Positions 26,141 to 38,060 of a DNA stretch of 64,000 nucleotides are shown here, piece after piece. The stretch is from Antechinus flavipes. Lineage: Eukaryota. The position numbers were made by a program, and so were the translations under genes. The stretch covers positions 11,098,001 through 11,162,000 of the forward strand of contig NC_067399.1 in NCBI RefSeq assembly GCF_016432865.1. The letters run 5' to 3'. Every line of letters begins with the position of its first letter. Positions within the stretch are counted from its first letter, which is position 1. The notes under the pieces are model-generated. The model was not told the DNA's origin. It saw only the letters and a list, made by a program, of their open reading frames with translations, and ran no database searches.

Positions 26141-26872
26141 GTATTGGGACTTGAGCTGATAACATTATAGAATTTCCTGGACCCCTCAGTCCTTCCCCTA
26201 GAATCTGAGATGATGCAGTTCTAAGTCCTCTGGGGACCACTCACTGGTTTGAATGGCAATTGGAGTAATAAGCTCTACGGCTTACAAGGGCACATAAAAA
26301 AGCTCTCTGTTTTAGGAAAAAAAAATCTACTGCCAAAGTTGAAAGATGGATTTTCCAGCTAAATGCCTTCTTTAGAGTTCTGGGTGAAGACAATGGCAGC
26401 TGAAACATTTGCTTTCAGAAGTTGGTTTCTGTAGCTTCACTCAGATTTATGGCTGTGCGTGAGAGAGTGATGGATGTACTTGCAACTGGGGGAGATTCAC
26501 AGAGCTCCGGCAGAAAGGAGACTTTCAGAAGGAGCTTTCAAGAATCGTTTCAGCACTGCAGGGACAGAGATGCACACCGTAGGAAAGCACTACCGAGTTG
26601 TAATGCATGCTCATTCACAACAACAATTTCCAAGACGAGGTAATCTACCAAAAGAAAGGATTAATGCGATGTTTGTCAGCAAAGCTCAACGTGTTTTTGA
26701 GTTTTTTTTAAAAGATTAATCCCTTCACTTCTTTACTCTGTAAACCTTTACAATGAGAAGAAAATTTCTTTCAAAGCTTTAGATTCTACCACTGAATCCA
26801 CCTCTACAACCTCCCGCTATGGTCTGGTAGAGCAGAAATACAGAACTGAGTTCTAGTCATCCCTCTAACCAG

Positions 26873-27845
26873 TATCCCTTGCATTCACTTCTGTTCCGAT
26901 TTTTTCCCTCCCTCCCTCCACCCCCTCCCCCAGATGGCAAGCAATCTTTTACATGTTGAATAGGTTACAGTATATCCTAGATACAATATATGTTTGCAGA
27001 ACCGAACAGTTCTCTTGTTGCATAGGGAGAATTGAATTCAGAAGGTGTAAATAACCCGTGAAGAAAAACAAAAATGCAAGCAGTTTATATTCATTTCCCA
27101 GTGTTCTTTCTTTGGATGTAGCTGCTTCTGTCCATCTTTGATCTGAATTAACTCTCTTTATCGAAGAGATCCACTTCCATCAGAATACATCCTCAAACAG
27201 TATCGTTATTGAGGTATATAATCATCTCCTGGTTCTGCTCATTTCACTTAGCATCAGTATATGTAAGTCTCTCCAAGCCTCTCTGTATTCATCCTGCTGG
27301 TCATTCCTTACAGAACAATAATATTCCATAACATTCATATACCACAATTTACCCAGCCATTCTCCAATGGATGGGCATCCTTTCATTTTCCAGCTTCTAG
27401 CCACTACAAACAGGGCTGCCACAAACATTTTGGCACATACAGGTCCCTTTCCCTTCTTTAGTATCTCTTTGGGGTATAAGCCCAGTAGAAACATTGCTGG
27501 ATCAAAGGGTATGCACAGTTTGATAACTTTTTGAGCGTAGTTCCAAATTGCTCTCCAGAATGGCTGGATGTGTTCACAATTCCACCAACAATGTATCAGT
27601 GTCCCCGTTTTCCCACATTCCCTCCAACATTCCCTGTTATTCTAGCTAATCTGACAGGTGTGTAGTGGTATCTCAGAGTTGTCTTAATTTGCATTTCTCT
27701 AATTGATAATGATTTGGAGCATATTTTCATATGTCTATAAATAGTTTCAATTTCTTCTTCTGAGAATTGTCCGTTCATATCCTTTGACCATTTATCAATT
27801 GGAGAATGGTTTGATTTTTTATAGATTAGAGTCTATTCTCTATTG
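26873..27845 (-). mobile_element. Relatively young, 5'-truncated L1 (ORF2 C-terminus plus 3' UTR)
   Basis: ORF 27222-27494(-) LGLYPKEI..KGKGPVCAKMFVAALFVVARSWK..GCPSIGEWL.KLWYMNVMEYYCSVRND and ORF 27596-27778(-) QFSEEEIETI..HMK.CSKSL.IREMQIKTTLRYHYTPVRLA are the L1 ORF2 C-terminal domain. Confidence 0.95.
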
Positions 27846-29202
27846 GAAATCTATCTTGGAAAGCCCTTCATCCCTTGAGGTTTCAGTTTCCACAATTGTC
27901 AGATGAGGGAGTTGGCTTAGTTCTCTTAAGATGCTTTTTGCTCCCATATTCTGTCTTGGATTTAAGTCTGGAAAAACTCCATTTAAATCCTCTCCCTGCT
28001 ATTTTGTGATCCTTGATAAGTCACCTGCCCTCTTTCAGCCTCAGTTTCCTCACTTGTAAAATGGAAATAATAATAACACTCAAAGGTATTGAAGGCCAAA
28101 ATGCATGTAAAGTCCTTTGTGAAAGTGATTTTTCAAGGCAGCATATAATTGTTAGCTCTCATCACATCTCTTGCTTTCTAAAAAGAAATTATTCTACTGA
28201 CAAGGAAAAAAAAAAGTGAATTTCCTAGAGACTGATATGAATTCTCTGGGAGCTCATAGACCAGATAAGATTAGAAAGGGAAGTAGGAATGAATGCCTGA
28301 AGGCCATCGTGACTTGATTAATTAAGACTTTCTCCCCTCCTTCTTGAATGGGTAATTGAATGGAGTGGCACTTTGGCAAAGTGAATAGAGAGCTTGTCTC
28401 AGAACAGAAGGATTTAGTCCAAAATCCACTTTCACCAAGTCCGGCCATGGTAACTCTAACTAAATCATTTAATTTTTTCTGAGCTGGGGCAGATAGATGG
28501 TGAAGTGAATAGACTACTGGCTCTGGAGTCAGAAGGATCTGAATCCAAATGCAATCTCAGATACTTCACACTTATTAGCTGTGTGACCCTGGGTGGGTCA
28601 CTTAACCCCCAATTGTCCTGACCTCCCAAAATAATAATAATAATTTTTCTATTTCTCTAGCAACAACTTTCAAGGTGCTGGCTGCAATTGGGAGAAGTAA
28701 TTCCTTCACTGGGGGTTCTCCACACTAATAAAATCACAGAATCAGGTTATAAAAAATCCCAAACAAAAAGCAAGCATGTACCAGGCTAACCAGAAGACAC
28801 GTTGATGATGTTTCTACCACTGGAATACAAGCTCTCTGAGGCAGGAAGTGATTCACTCTTGTTTTTGTTAGGCAGTAATCACCACTCACTACAGTGCCTG
28901 GACCTTAGATAATACTAAATAAATGCTTATTAAGTCCTTGAGTGATCCATCCTTGGAATACTGGAATAGCCCATGTCTTAGCCTGTCAATCAGGTGGGCA
29001 TAATTAACAATGTCTTTCATATGCCTCCTCTGACCAGCTGTTTCCTTGGTGCCACTCTAGGCCCAATGCTCTATCCACTGAGCTTCCAGGATAAAATTCA
29101 AAATCGTTATCTTTTGAGTCCAGTCTTAGTACACATTCTCTTTGGCAGGTACAGTATAACACATGGCCATAATGCCTTAGGAACAGTTGAGGAACTGATT
29201 TT

Positions 29203-29460
29203 TTGTTGTTGTTGTTGTTGTTGTTGTTGGGGGGGGGAGGAGGGAGAGAGAGGGAGTCTGCAATCAGGAAGATCCTGAGTTCAAATCCAGCCTCAGACAC
29301 TTCGTAGTTGTGTGACCCTGCACAGTTTACTTAATAACGGCCTCATTTTCCTCACCTGTAAGGTGACAATGATAATAGCATCTACCTCCCAGGTATTGTA
29401 AGGATCGAGTGATATATTTGTAAAGTGCCTGGCACATAGTAGGTGCTATTTAACTGCTTT
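29203..29460 (+). mobile_element. (TTG)n/G-run followed by MIR
   Basis: (TTG)9 at 29203-29229, then caatcaggaagatcctgagttcaaatccagcctcagacac...gtgcctggcacatagtagg. Confidence 0.8.
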
Positions 29461-30944
29461 GCCTTCCTTCTTATGGGTCATTCTCCATACATGACATTTT
29501 GTCTTTCATGATCATGTCATTGTTAAAGTTGTTTTTTCCACATCTGGAATTCTTTCCCCTCTCACCTTCACCTCTTGAAATCCCCAGCCCCTTTTAAGGC
29601 TCAGCACAATTCCTACCTCTTATGAGAAGCCTTTTCTGATTCCCTTGGTTATTAGGGTCTCTTCTATCACCTCCTTCACTTTACATTTATTTTGTATCTA
29701 CCTTCTTCATTTCCTTCTAAACTTCATTCAATGACCACTTTCCACACGAGTCCTTTCCTGATCCTCTTTTTCATGTTCTTTTCCCAAATAAGGGCTTAAT
29801 AAAGAAATCTGGAGAATTAGGAGCAGAACTGAGAAGAGTAAAGGAATAAGGATGGTTGACCTGGACATTTCCTTAAAGTGGTGGAACTCACCAATAATAG
29901 GAAGATTCTGAAGGGGTAGAAGAATCTTCAAAGGTAAAGCATATCCAGGTAGAAGGATCTTTTGGGGAAGACACAAAGCCAGGGATCAATTCTCTTTTTG
30001 CTTTTTCTTTCTAGCTGATCCTCTGTTAAGATTTTGTTAAATCTTTTTTTTCAATCAATAAAAATTGACCTTCTCTCCTTCTTACTCCTTTCTCTCCTTT
30101 GAGAAAGAATGAAGGAAAAAAAAAACACTCACAAACATGTAAAGTCAAGTAAAGCAAATTCTCACACTGTTCATGGCCAAAAATCATATTGCACTGACTC
30201 TGTCTCTCCGTCAAGGTGGTCAGTCCTTTGCTAAGATTTTAACAGGGAAGTTGCCCATCCTTTGGGCATGAGTCAGAACTAGGTGCAAGTGGAGGATGCC
30301 AGGAACAAAGGGAGAGGAAGAATGGGGTGCTCCCCATGAGCCTTACATGAAAAAAATAATTCCTCGCCTGGACTCTCCTTGTGGGGTTCATCATATAAAT
30401 CTTGTACTGAGATTATTTGTTCACAGTTATTTCATTTGATTTAAAATCCAATATTCCACTTGTCCTTTGTAGTTTTTATCTCAGGAAGACCAAAGGAGAT
30501 TAAAATCACTAGCGATGTCAGAGGTACATGCCAAGTACAGGCATTTGTGGGGCATCGAGGGCCTCATGTAAGAAATGGTGCTCAGATATTTGTCCCATCT
30601 CATCTTCTCCCAAAGGAGGCTCCCTTTTGAATTTGCTTCAGGGCTTTCTGATGAATCCATGCTCTTTGAATGTCTGTTCCAATTTCTTTGTCCTTTTTCT
30701 TTGGGTTGGCAATGAAACCCTTATATGGGAAGCTGGATGTTTGCCTTGTTAAGCAGAGAAAGGTGTCTGGGAGTCTGGGCTTAGATCAGCACTGGGAAGT
30801 AGCGAGAGGACTCATGCTATCCTGTCTCTGCTGCTTTCTAGCTGTGTCCATGGGCAAATTATACAACCTATCTGGGCTTTAGGCTCCTCAATTGCACAAC
30901 ATTCTTTCATGGAAAGTAATTGGGAAAAACTTAATGTCTGAACC

Positions 30945-31500
30945 AGAAAGCCAATCATTAAACAAGCATTTAGGAAGAAACTACTCTGTGCCAGAAACTG
31001 TGCAAGGGATTCAATTATAAAAGCGAATAGAGTTTATATGCCCTCAGTGAGCTTAAATTTAAATGATATTTAGGCTTTGAATACCAAGACAACTCAAATA
31101 ATTTTCCCTTAGGAAGCTCTCATTTTAAAAGATGATGTTGAATAACAAAAGGCTTGGTACAGATGGGGCAGATGTAGTGACTTAGGAGACTGATATTCAG
31201 AACATTCTGGCTAGAGATTATAATGTATATGTGAGAGGTTATAATGTGGAATCAGGAAAGGGAACTTGGGGCCAGATTGTGAAAAGCTTTAAATGTCAAA
31301 CAGATGAAGTAACTGTGAAGTAACAGGGAGCCACTGGAGTTTGTTGAGTCAGGGAGTAAGTTGGTCAGACCTGTTATTTAGTAAAATCACACTGGCAGCG
31401 GAGTGAATGATGGTTTGTAATGGGGAGAATCATGAGACAGGAAGATTTTTGGGGAGGCTATTGCAATAGCCCACATGAAAGTTCTTGAAATAGACCTTCA
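30945..31500 (-). mobile_element. L2 3' region
   Basis: aacaagcatttaggaagaaactactctgtgccag (L2 end); ggggccagattgtgaaaagctttaaatgtcaaacag...cagggagccactggagtttgttgag. Confidence 0.7.
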
Positions 31501-32275
31501 CTCATAAAATACAAGATTTGGGAGGGAACTTAAAGCCCAATCTACTCAGGCCATTTTGAAAATAGAAGCCATTCCACAATATACCCATCAAGTAGCCATC
31601 CGACCTTTTCTTGAAGACTTCCATTAAGAGGGAATCCACTTTGCATTTGAGCCAGGGACTGTCTTGCTTTTTATATTTGCATTTGATGGTTTAATGTCTG
31701 GCACATAATATCTATGAATATTGTTGGTTTTCTGACAGTGATATAATTTGTTCTGAAAGTTCCAGCAATTCAATAATCCCCCAAGACACTCAAATGATCT
31801 CTGGGCTTTTAAAAGAGATTCTGGGAATTGGTGCGGCAGATTATGATGTCAGCATTTTAACAGCTTCTTGGTTCCTTCAGGCAATGGAATTTTCTTTTCT
31901 TTTTTCTTCTTCTCCTTTGTTATTTTTATCTTGATACTTTTCAAATTCAGGCCAGAGAAGGAGAAAATCCCTGAGAGAAAGCTGACTGGGGAATTCTCTC
32001 TTTTTGTACACTAGCTCCTCAGGGCCCAGGCAGTTATCATCTCCACAGTGAGAATTCAATTGTATTTGGGGAGAGTTGGGGAGTGTAAGGAATCAATATG
32101 GCACAGAATCAGGATGACCAGGATCCAGCTCTCCTTTTGGGCTTTATTACCTTTTAGATCTTCAACAAGTCTCTGAATTTATTTGCGTATCAGGGTCATC
32201 ATATGCAAAAGTGATCTACCAATATCTATAGAAACTACCACTTAAATTGTAGCGAGTGAGTCTCAATCATGCCTT

Positions 32276-32896
32276 TGTGTAATTTTGTTTGATGAGAATT
32301 TGAAATGCCCTCCTAGCTATCTGATAAATCTCAGGAAGCATTAGGAGGATTGGTCGTCCTTCTAGCATCTTTATTAATGACTATCTTTTATGACAGGACT
32401 ATGTTAACTCCAGAAACCTGGCCAGTTCCTGGAATAAATGTAATCCTCCTAAAGGAAAAAAAAAAAACAAATATTCTCTTTGACGAACCTCTTGTGATAG
32501 AGCATCCTTGTACCTGCTGCTCTGCCTCAAGGGTCATGTATTAATTGAGAATATTTAGTGTAGTGTGTTCTTTGTTCTCAGCCTATAAAAAACCCCTTAA
32601 TGAAAAGTGACTGAGAACTCTGTCAGGAAGTTTGGTGCCATTTGCCTAACAACCTCCCACCCGAGATTGAATTGCTGTGACCCGGATTCTCCCAGCTAAA
32701 AGAATTCAGATAATGGTGCTTTTTCGTAGTAGCGATGACTTAGTTGTACGTTGTCTGTTTCTTATATTGTCTTGGTGATCACTGCCTTTGTTAATTGTTC
32801 ATTACTTTCATGCTATGAGTTTCCTCTTTTTTATATGCTGTTTAAATCAATGTTCTGAGAGTAATTAACTTGTACCCACCCTTTTTAAGACTTACA
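32276..32896 (+). mobile_element. Possible old solo LTR
   Basis: Starts tg, TATAAAA at 32584, ends ...aagacttaCA at 32896. No TSD found and no clear AATAAA in the expected position. Confidence 0.3.
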
Positions 32897-34273
32897 TGTT
32901 GAATGTGTTAAGACAATTATTAAGATAATTATTGTCTCTATCAATTCCATTGTCTTAGTACTTTATAAGAATCTAAACAGAAAGTGAATTCCAAATCTAA
33001 GGTAATCCTACAGGTTATGAAGCTCAAATGAGAGAAACCAGATAAGCACTTATAAAGTTCCTCCTATATGCCAGACACTTTGGCTAAGTATACCAAGATG
33101 GTATTGAGGAAACAAAGTTAATGGACACAAAGTTATTCATGAACATCCATATCGGCAATTGTTATTATTGACAAAGTGGAAGTTAATGGGAGGCAGATTT
33201 TGGTTCAGCATAAGCAGAAAATCTTTTTGCTGTCCAGAAAGGGAATTAACTTCTGTAGGTAATGAATTTCCCCATCACTGAAGACTTTAAAAAAGAAGTT
33301 GGAGGATAGAATCAGCCAGAATTAATAGATGGAAGTTGTAGGAAGGCAGCTTTTAGCTTAGTAAAAAAAGAAATTTTTCCCTAATTAGATTTATCTGGAA
33401 ATGGAATGAAGTATATTGATACATAATGAGTTCTTCTTCACTGGAAGCTTTCAAGGGGATGCTATATAGCTGTGCTTCAGGTACCAGATAGAGTAATTCA
33501 TCTCTGAGGTCTCTTCTACATCCAGATATCTTTGAATCTGGGATTTTTGGGATGGGGGGAAGCTAGGCACTTTGGAGCACATTCCTTGCATTAGAAATGT
33601 TATATATGTCCCATATGACAACCTGGACTCCCCAGGTTCATTTAAACTTTGCTGAACCTTCCTCAGGCTCTTGAGAGGTAGGGAAGCAGCTGGCTTGGTT
33701 CTCATCTGCTCAGCAAAGCCCTCCGAGGCTCACTTCTGAAACTCCAAGCCAGAAGCAGAAATGATGACAATTCTCTCCATCGAGAATATGCAATAACATA
33801 AAATATATTTGACTGGAGGACCTTCCTGGCTTTTTGGATGCCAAATAATGTATGTATTTATGGCCTAGAAATAATGAGAGGAAACTGGGAAAGGATTGGA
33901 GGGTTATTTATTTGTCGGGCTGAAAGGATCACGGTTATACATTACCCGAGAATGTTAACAGCCACCCCATTGAAGAACAGGACTCCTGACACTGAAGGAT
34001 GCCTAAGGAAGGTTAATATGCATATAACTCATCCAAGGAGATTTATCGAGAGAGTAATGAGTAGAGATAGATGCATTACCGGTTAACTTATAAATCAGTC
34101 CCCCTAGACTGGGGTCTCACAACTGGCTTAGACTTCACTGGGGCAGAACAGAGAGCCTGTGTTTCCCCAGGAATGATTTACAGCCGTCTCTCATCCATCC
34201 ATACTTGTTTATTGGGGGCAGGAAAGATTTAGATGTTCTACAGTCTTGAGAGGAGTACTTCTGGAAAATTCAG

Positions 34274-34371
34274 TGACGTCTAGGCAGTGGGGTGACGTGT
34301 TTTCAGCCGTGGAAGCCGCAGGATTAATACCATCTGGCATCAGTGGCAAAATTTAATAACTCCATGACGCA
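34274..34371. promoter_or_regulatory. Cluster of three CRE/ATF sites (TGACGTCT, TGACGTG, TGACGCA)
   Basis: At 34274, 34293 and 34365 in non-repeat DNA with several other retained CpGs. Confidence 0.5.
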
Positions 34372-34754
34372 GAGAGCTGGCTGGTTTATCATCAGAGTAC
34401 TGGAGCTTGCTCTGCAGGCGTGAGGCTTTTTTCTTCATTATAGCTCTGTCATTAGGAGCCAAGAGATACCTTTTTTATCTTGTTGATGGGCCTTTCTATT
34501 ATGTAGAGAAACTTCTTGTCCTTTCTGTTGACCTAACCTAGCATCTTGCAGATAAGGATAAGGGTAAAGTCAATATCTGGTATTTATGGCAGAGAGGGAC
34601 CACTCATAATGCCAGGAAATCTCAAAAGCACGGGGAGAGAGGAAGAATCTGCAGGGGGCTGTTGTGGCTTGATTATGTGGAAGCATATTTAGCGATGAAC
34701 TAGGAAGGCGATGAGGCTGTCTATGGGATTATTTAATTTTTGTAACAGGGAAGT

Positions 34755-34990
34755 TAGATGGCAAAAATTAGAGTTCCAGACCCGGAGTCTGCAAGACACA
34801 TTTTAATGAGGTCAAAATCTGGCCTGAGACACTTAATAGTTATGTGCCCCTGGGGAAATCACTTCCCCCATTTACCTCAGTTTTCTCTCCTGTCAAATGA
34901 GTTGGAGAAGGAAATGGTAAACCATTCCAGTATCTCTGCCAAAATTAGGACCATTAAGAGTCAGATATGACTGAAACAATTGAACGATGA
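34755..34990 (+). mobile_element. Mar1-type CORE/RTE SINE
   Basis: gagttggagaaggaaatggtaaaccattccagtatctctgcc...gagtcagatatgactgaaacaattgaac. Confidence 0.85.
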
Positions 34991-35789
34991 TTACAACCTG
35001 CAAAAGAATTGAAATTTGGCTTATGAGGCCATAAGGAGCCATTGAAGATTTTTGAGAAAAGGAATACCAGGTATGAAGAAGCTGAGTTTTCATTTGGTTG
35101 TGTTATCAGTACCTCAAATGGTGATGACAAAGAAAGGTAGTGTTGCATTATGGATGGAGAACTAGCTTTCAAATCAGGAAGACCCTGGGTTTTAGGCCTA
35201 TCTGTGACACATAAAGGGGATATAGCTTAATATCACAGTGCTTTAGACAGTTTTCTATAATTCTCATTTCCCAAAGTGTTGCTTGGTGGAGGGAGTTTCC
35301 ATACTGAGAAATCCCCCACACGTTCCAGTCCAGATCAGCACAATGATCACAACTGACATTTCTTTAGCACTTTAGGCTTCAAAACATGCATTTAATACAT
35401 TATCCTTGTGAAATCTCATGACAATCTTTTGGGTTCAGGAACTTTAGATTTTTAGTTTTGCTTTATAAAGAAGCAAACTAAGGCTCAGAGGAGCAATGAC
35501 TTGCTTCGTAGTCATGTAGCTATTGAGTTCTGGATGGACCCAGGTTTTCTTTCTACCAATACCAACTCTTTATATGAACTGAAAGTCAACATGAGGCAGA
35601 GTAGGTCAGTTGATAGAGCATTGACATTAGAGTGGACTTAGTTTCTTAAGCCATGTGACGACTTAAAAGCTGTGCGACCCTGGGAAAATCAATTAATCTC
35701 TCTGGCTTTACTTTTCTTGCCCAGAAAATGAGGGAGTTGTTCTAACAACTCTAAAGGTTTTTTTTTTTTTTCCATTTCTTAACCTATGG

Positions 35790-36150
35790 TCCTGTCTCAA
35801 ATACAGCTTATTAGCCTTTCTCTTAAACCTTTGCTTCTACTCTATTTTTACTATTTCTATTGGACAACTGAGTCTTTTTCCCTTCTCTTTGCTCATCCTT
35901 TACAAAGTCCTGTTAATGCATTTTCCCAAATTCTAGTTATGTTCGTCTTCTTCCTCTCTTTTCTGGTCCTCATTATTACCATGTGAATGATGACAATGGC
36001 CTCTTAACTGATCATCACATTTCCTTCCCCTTTCATTTTTTTAAACTATCTTTTATACAAAAATTATTTTTATTCATGTTACTCCTATGCTCAAAAATCT
36101 TTCACAGCTCTCTACTGCTTCCTAACTAAAAACTAAACTCCTTTGCCTTT
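35790..36150 (+). mobile_element. L2 fragment
   Basis: Pyrimidine-rich sense L2: atggcctcttaactgatc, catgttactcctatgctcaaaaatctttcacagctc. Confidence 0.6.
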
Positions 36151-36773
36151 TAAAATAACAACTCGGATACATATGTGTATTTAAATCAAGTTTGTGGAAC
36201 ACTATTTTAGGGATGGGGAAACTGAGACTGAGAAATTAAGTGACTTTTCCTTACACATCAAGTAAGAATCTGTAGAGTGTTTGGAACACAGGTTTCATGA
36301 ATCTTAGTCACAGGCTTATAAGATTATGTGTTTACAACTGGAAGAGATGTTAAAGAGTCTTCTCATTTTGCAGATGAAGAAATTGTACCCGAGAGAGTTT
36401 AAGTGATTTGCCCAGGGTCACATAAATAATAGGTCATATTCAAACTCTATTCTCCCCTCCTCAAAGTCAAATGCTTTGTCCAGTGAATCCCCTACTGGCC
36501 TATAGCACGTTCTCTGCCTTTTTACCCCCACACTGATTTTGGACAGTTTATATTTTATTTATCTGTCCTTTAAAACTCAAGAGGGCAAATGATAACTGTC
36601 TGTTACCGTCTTTGAAATCAATGATATCCCTCTTGGTTCTCATGTTTTTGCCAGTGAAAAAACTCCTGTGACAAGAAGATGCTTTGATACATCCTCCTTT
36701 GGTGATGCAGGGGTTTGACAGAACTCAGCTGGCCTCTTCTGGAGCTGATTTTCTCCCTGAAAAGGTTGGGGTC

Positions 36774-37367
36774 TGTGGTGTTTTTCTTCTTTAAACTATA
36801 AGATGATTCTCTCTGGGAGAGCAGTTTCTTGGGGAGGTTTTCTAGAGGCAGCCTTGGTTTCAGTTAAAAGTAATAACCACCCAAATGCAGCCAGGTATTA
36901 AAAGTTCAGATCTTTTATTGTCTCCAATATAGCCCGGTTAGTTTTCTTAGAGGCACCCCCCCCCCCTCTCTCCTTGGTTCTAAGAGCTCTTGCAGCTTTG
37001 TCCTTTGCTTTCTTCAGCCTCCAACCAGCACCAAGGTGAAAGTTGTAATGAATCTTTCTTGCCTCCGAGAGAGGGCTTCTGGCTGAACTCACTTGACGCT
37101 CCTCTCTCAATCTAATTCAGCTGAACTCCCCGAGAGAGCCTCTGTCTGCTTCTTATATATGATCTCCTCTGAGAGAGTGGGATTATGGGTTTCTCCCAGA
37201 GTGCTCTCTGGTTCTAAGAGCTTCAAGGGATGTGTGAATTCGGATATCTTATACTAAACCCTGAAATCTCCCAAACGTGTGAACTCCAATGAGTATTTAA
37301 ATACATTAGTGAGCTAAAGGATTTGCTAGGTACCATGCTAAATTAACACTTTGTAAGGATTCCAACA
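36774..37367 (-). mobile_element. Solo ERV LTR (594 bp) with perfect 6-bp TSD GGGGTC
   Basis: TG...CA termini (minus strand TGTTGGAATCC...ACCACA), TSD at 36768-36773 and 37368-37373, TATA-like element (plus tcttatatat, about 37151) and AATAAA (plus tttatt, 36914) in the correct order. Confidence 0.92.
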
Positions 37368-37739
37368 GGGGTCAATCTCCCTGAGAGGACTGGTTGGCTT
37401 AATAAGTAGTGACATTTGATCCATGAGCCCTTTGGTCTATATGTTAGACCCATTTACCTGGAGAAGCCAAATTCTCAAGACTGAAACCCACCAGAACGTT
37501 CCACTTTCTCAACACTAGACTCTAAGGCTGTTAGCAAAAAAAAAAATAGTTCTAGTCGAAAATTCACTGTATGCTGTCAAAAAAGGAAACTTTTTTTGCC
37601 TGGAAAGTCAGCATTTATATACTTTCTGTGGCTTCAGGGACAGATGAGCCCAAAAAGGAGAGGGATGTACAATAAAGAGATTAGTGCTGGACAGGCTCCT
37701 ACCGGCAATGGGTCACAGATTGGTGTCTCAACTAGAGGA

Positions 37740-38060
37740 AGTGAGGGGTAGAGAGATAGATGATAGATAGAAAAGAGATAGATGGACAGACACAGACAGA
37801 CAGAGGATAGATGGATGGATAGATGAATGGATAGGTAGCGATACAGGCAGCCAGGCAAGGAGACAGAGCGAAAGTCAGGCAAAGAAATAGGCAGCCACAG
37901 ATCAATAGACAAACAGATAGATGGGTGGATAGATAGGGAGGCAGACAAACAGTCAGGCAAAGAGATTGACACAGACAAGGAGACAGGCAATAAGACAGAT
38001 GGAACACAGATAATACATATAGAGAGAGGTAAAGAAATAAAAAGATGGGTAGGTAGATAG
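37740..38060. repeat. Degenerate GATA/GACA/GGCA tetranucleotide tract
   Basis: Read directly; source of the low-complexity ORFs 37634-38080 and 37732-38064. Confidence 0.9.

Noticed and set aside
29901-29929. 9-bp inverted repeat gaagattct/agaatcttc
   Set aside because: Chance-level length with no supporting context.
30485-30567. Possible coding exon (EDQRRLKSLAMSEVHAKYRHLWGIEGL or RPKEIKITSDVRGTCQVQAFVGHRGPH)
   Set aside because: A competing AG lies just upstream in the pyrimidine tract, and I recognise neither peptide.
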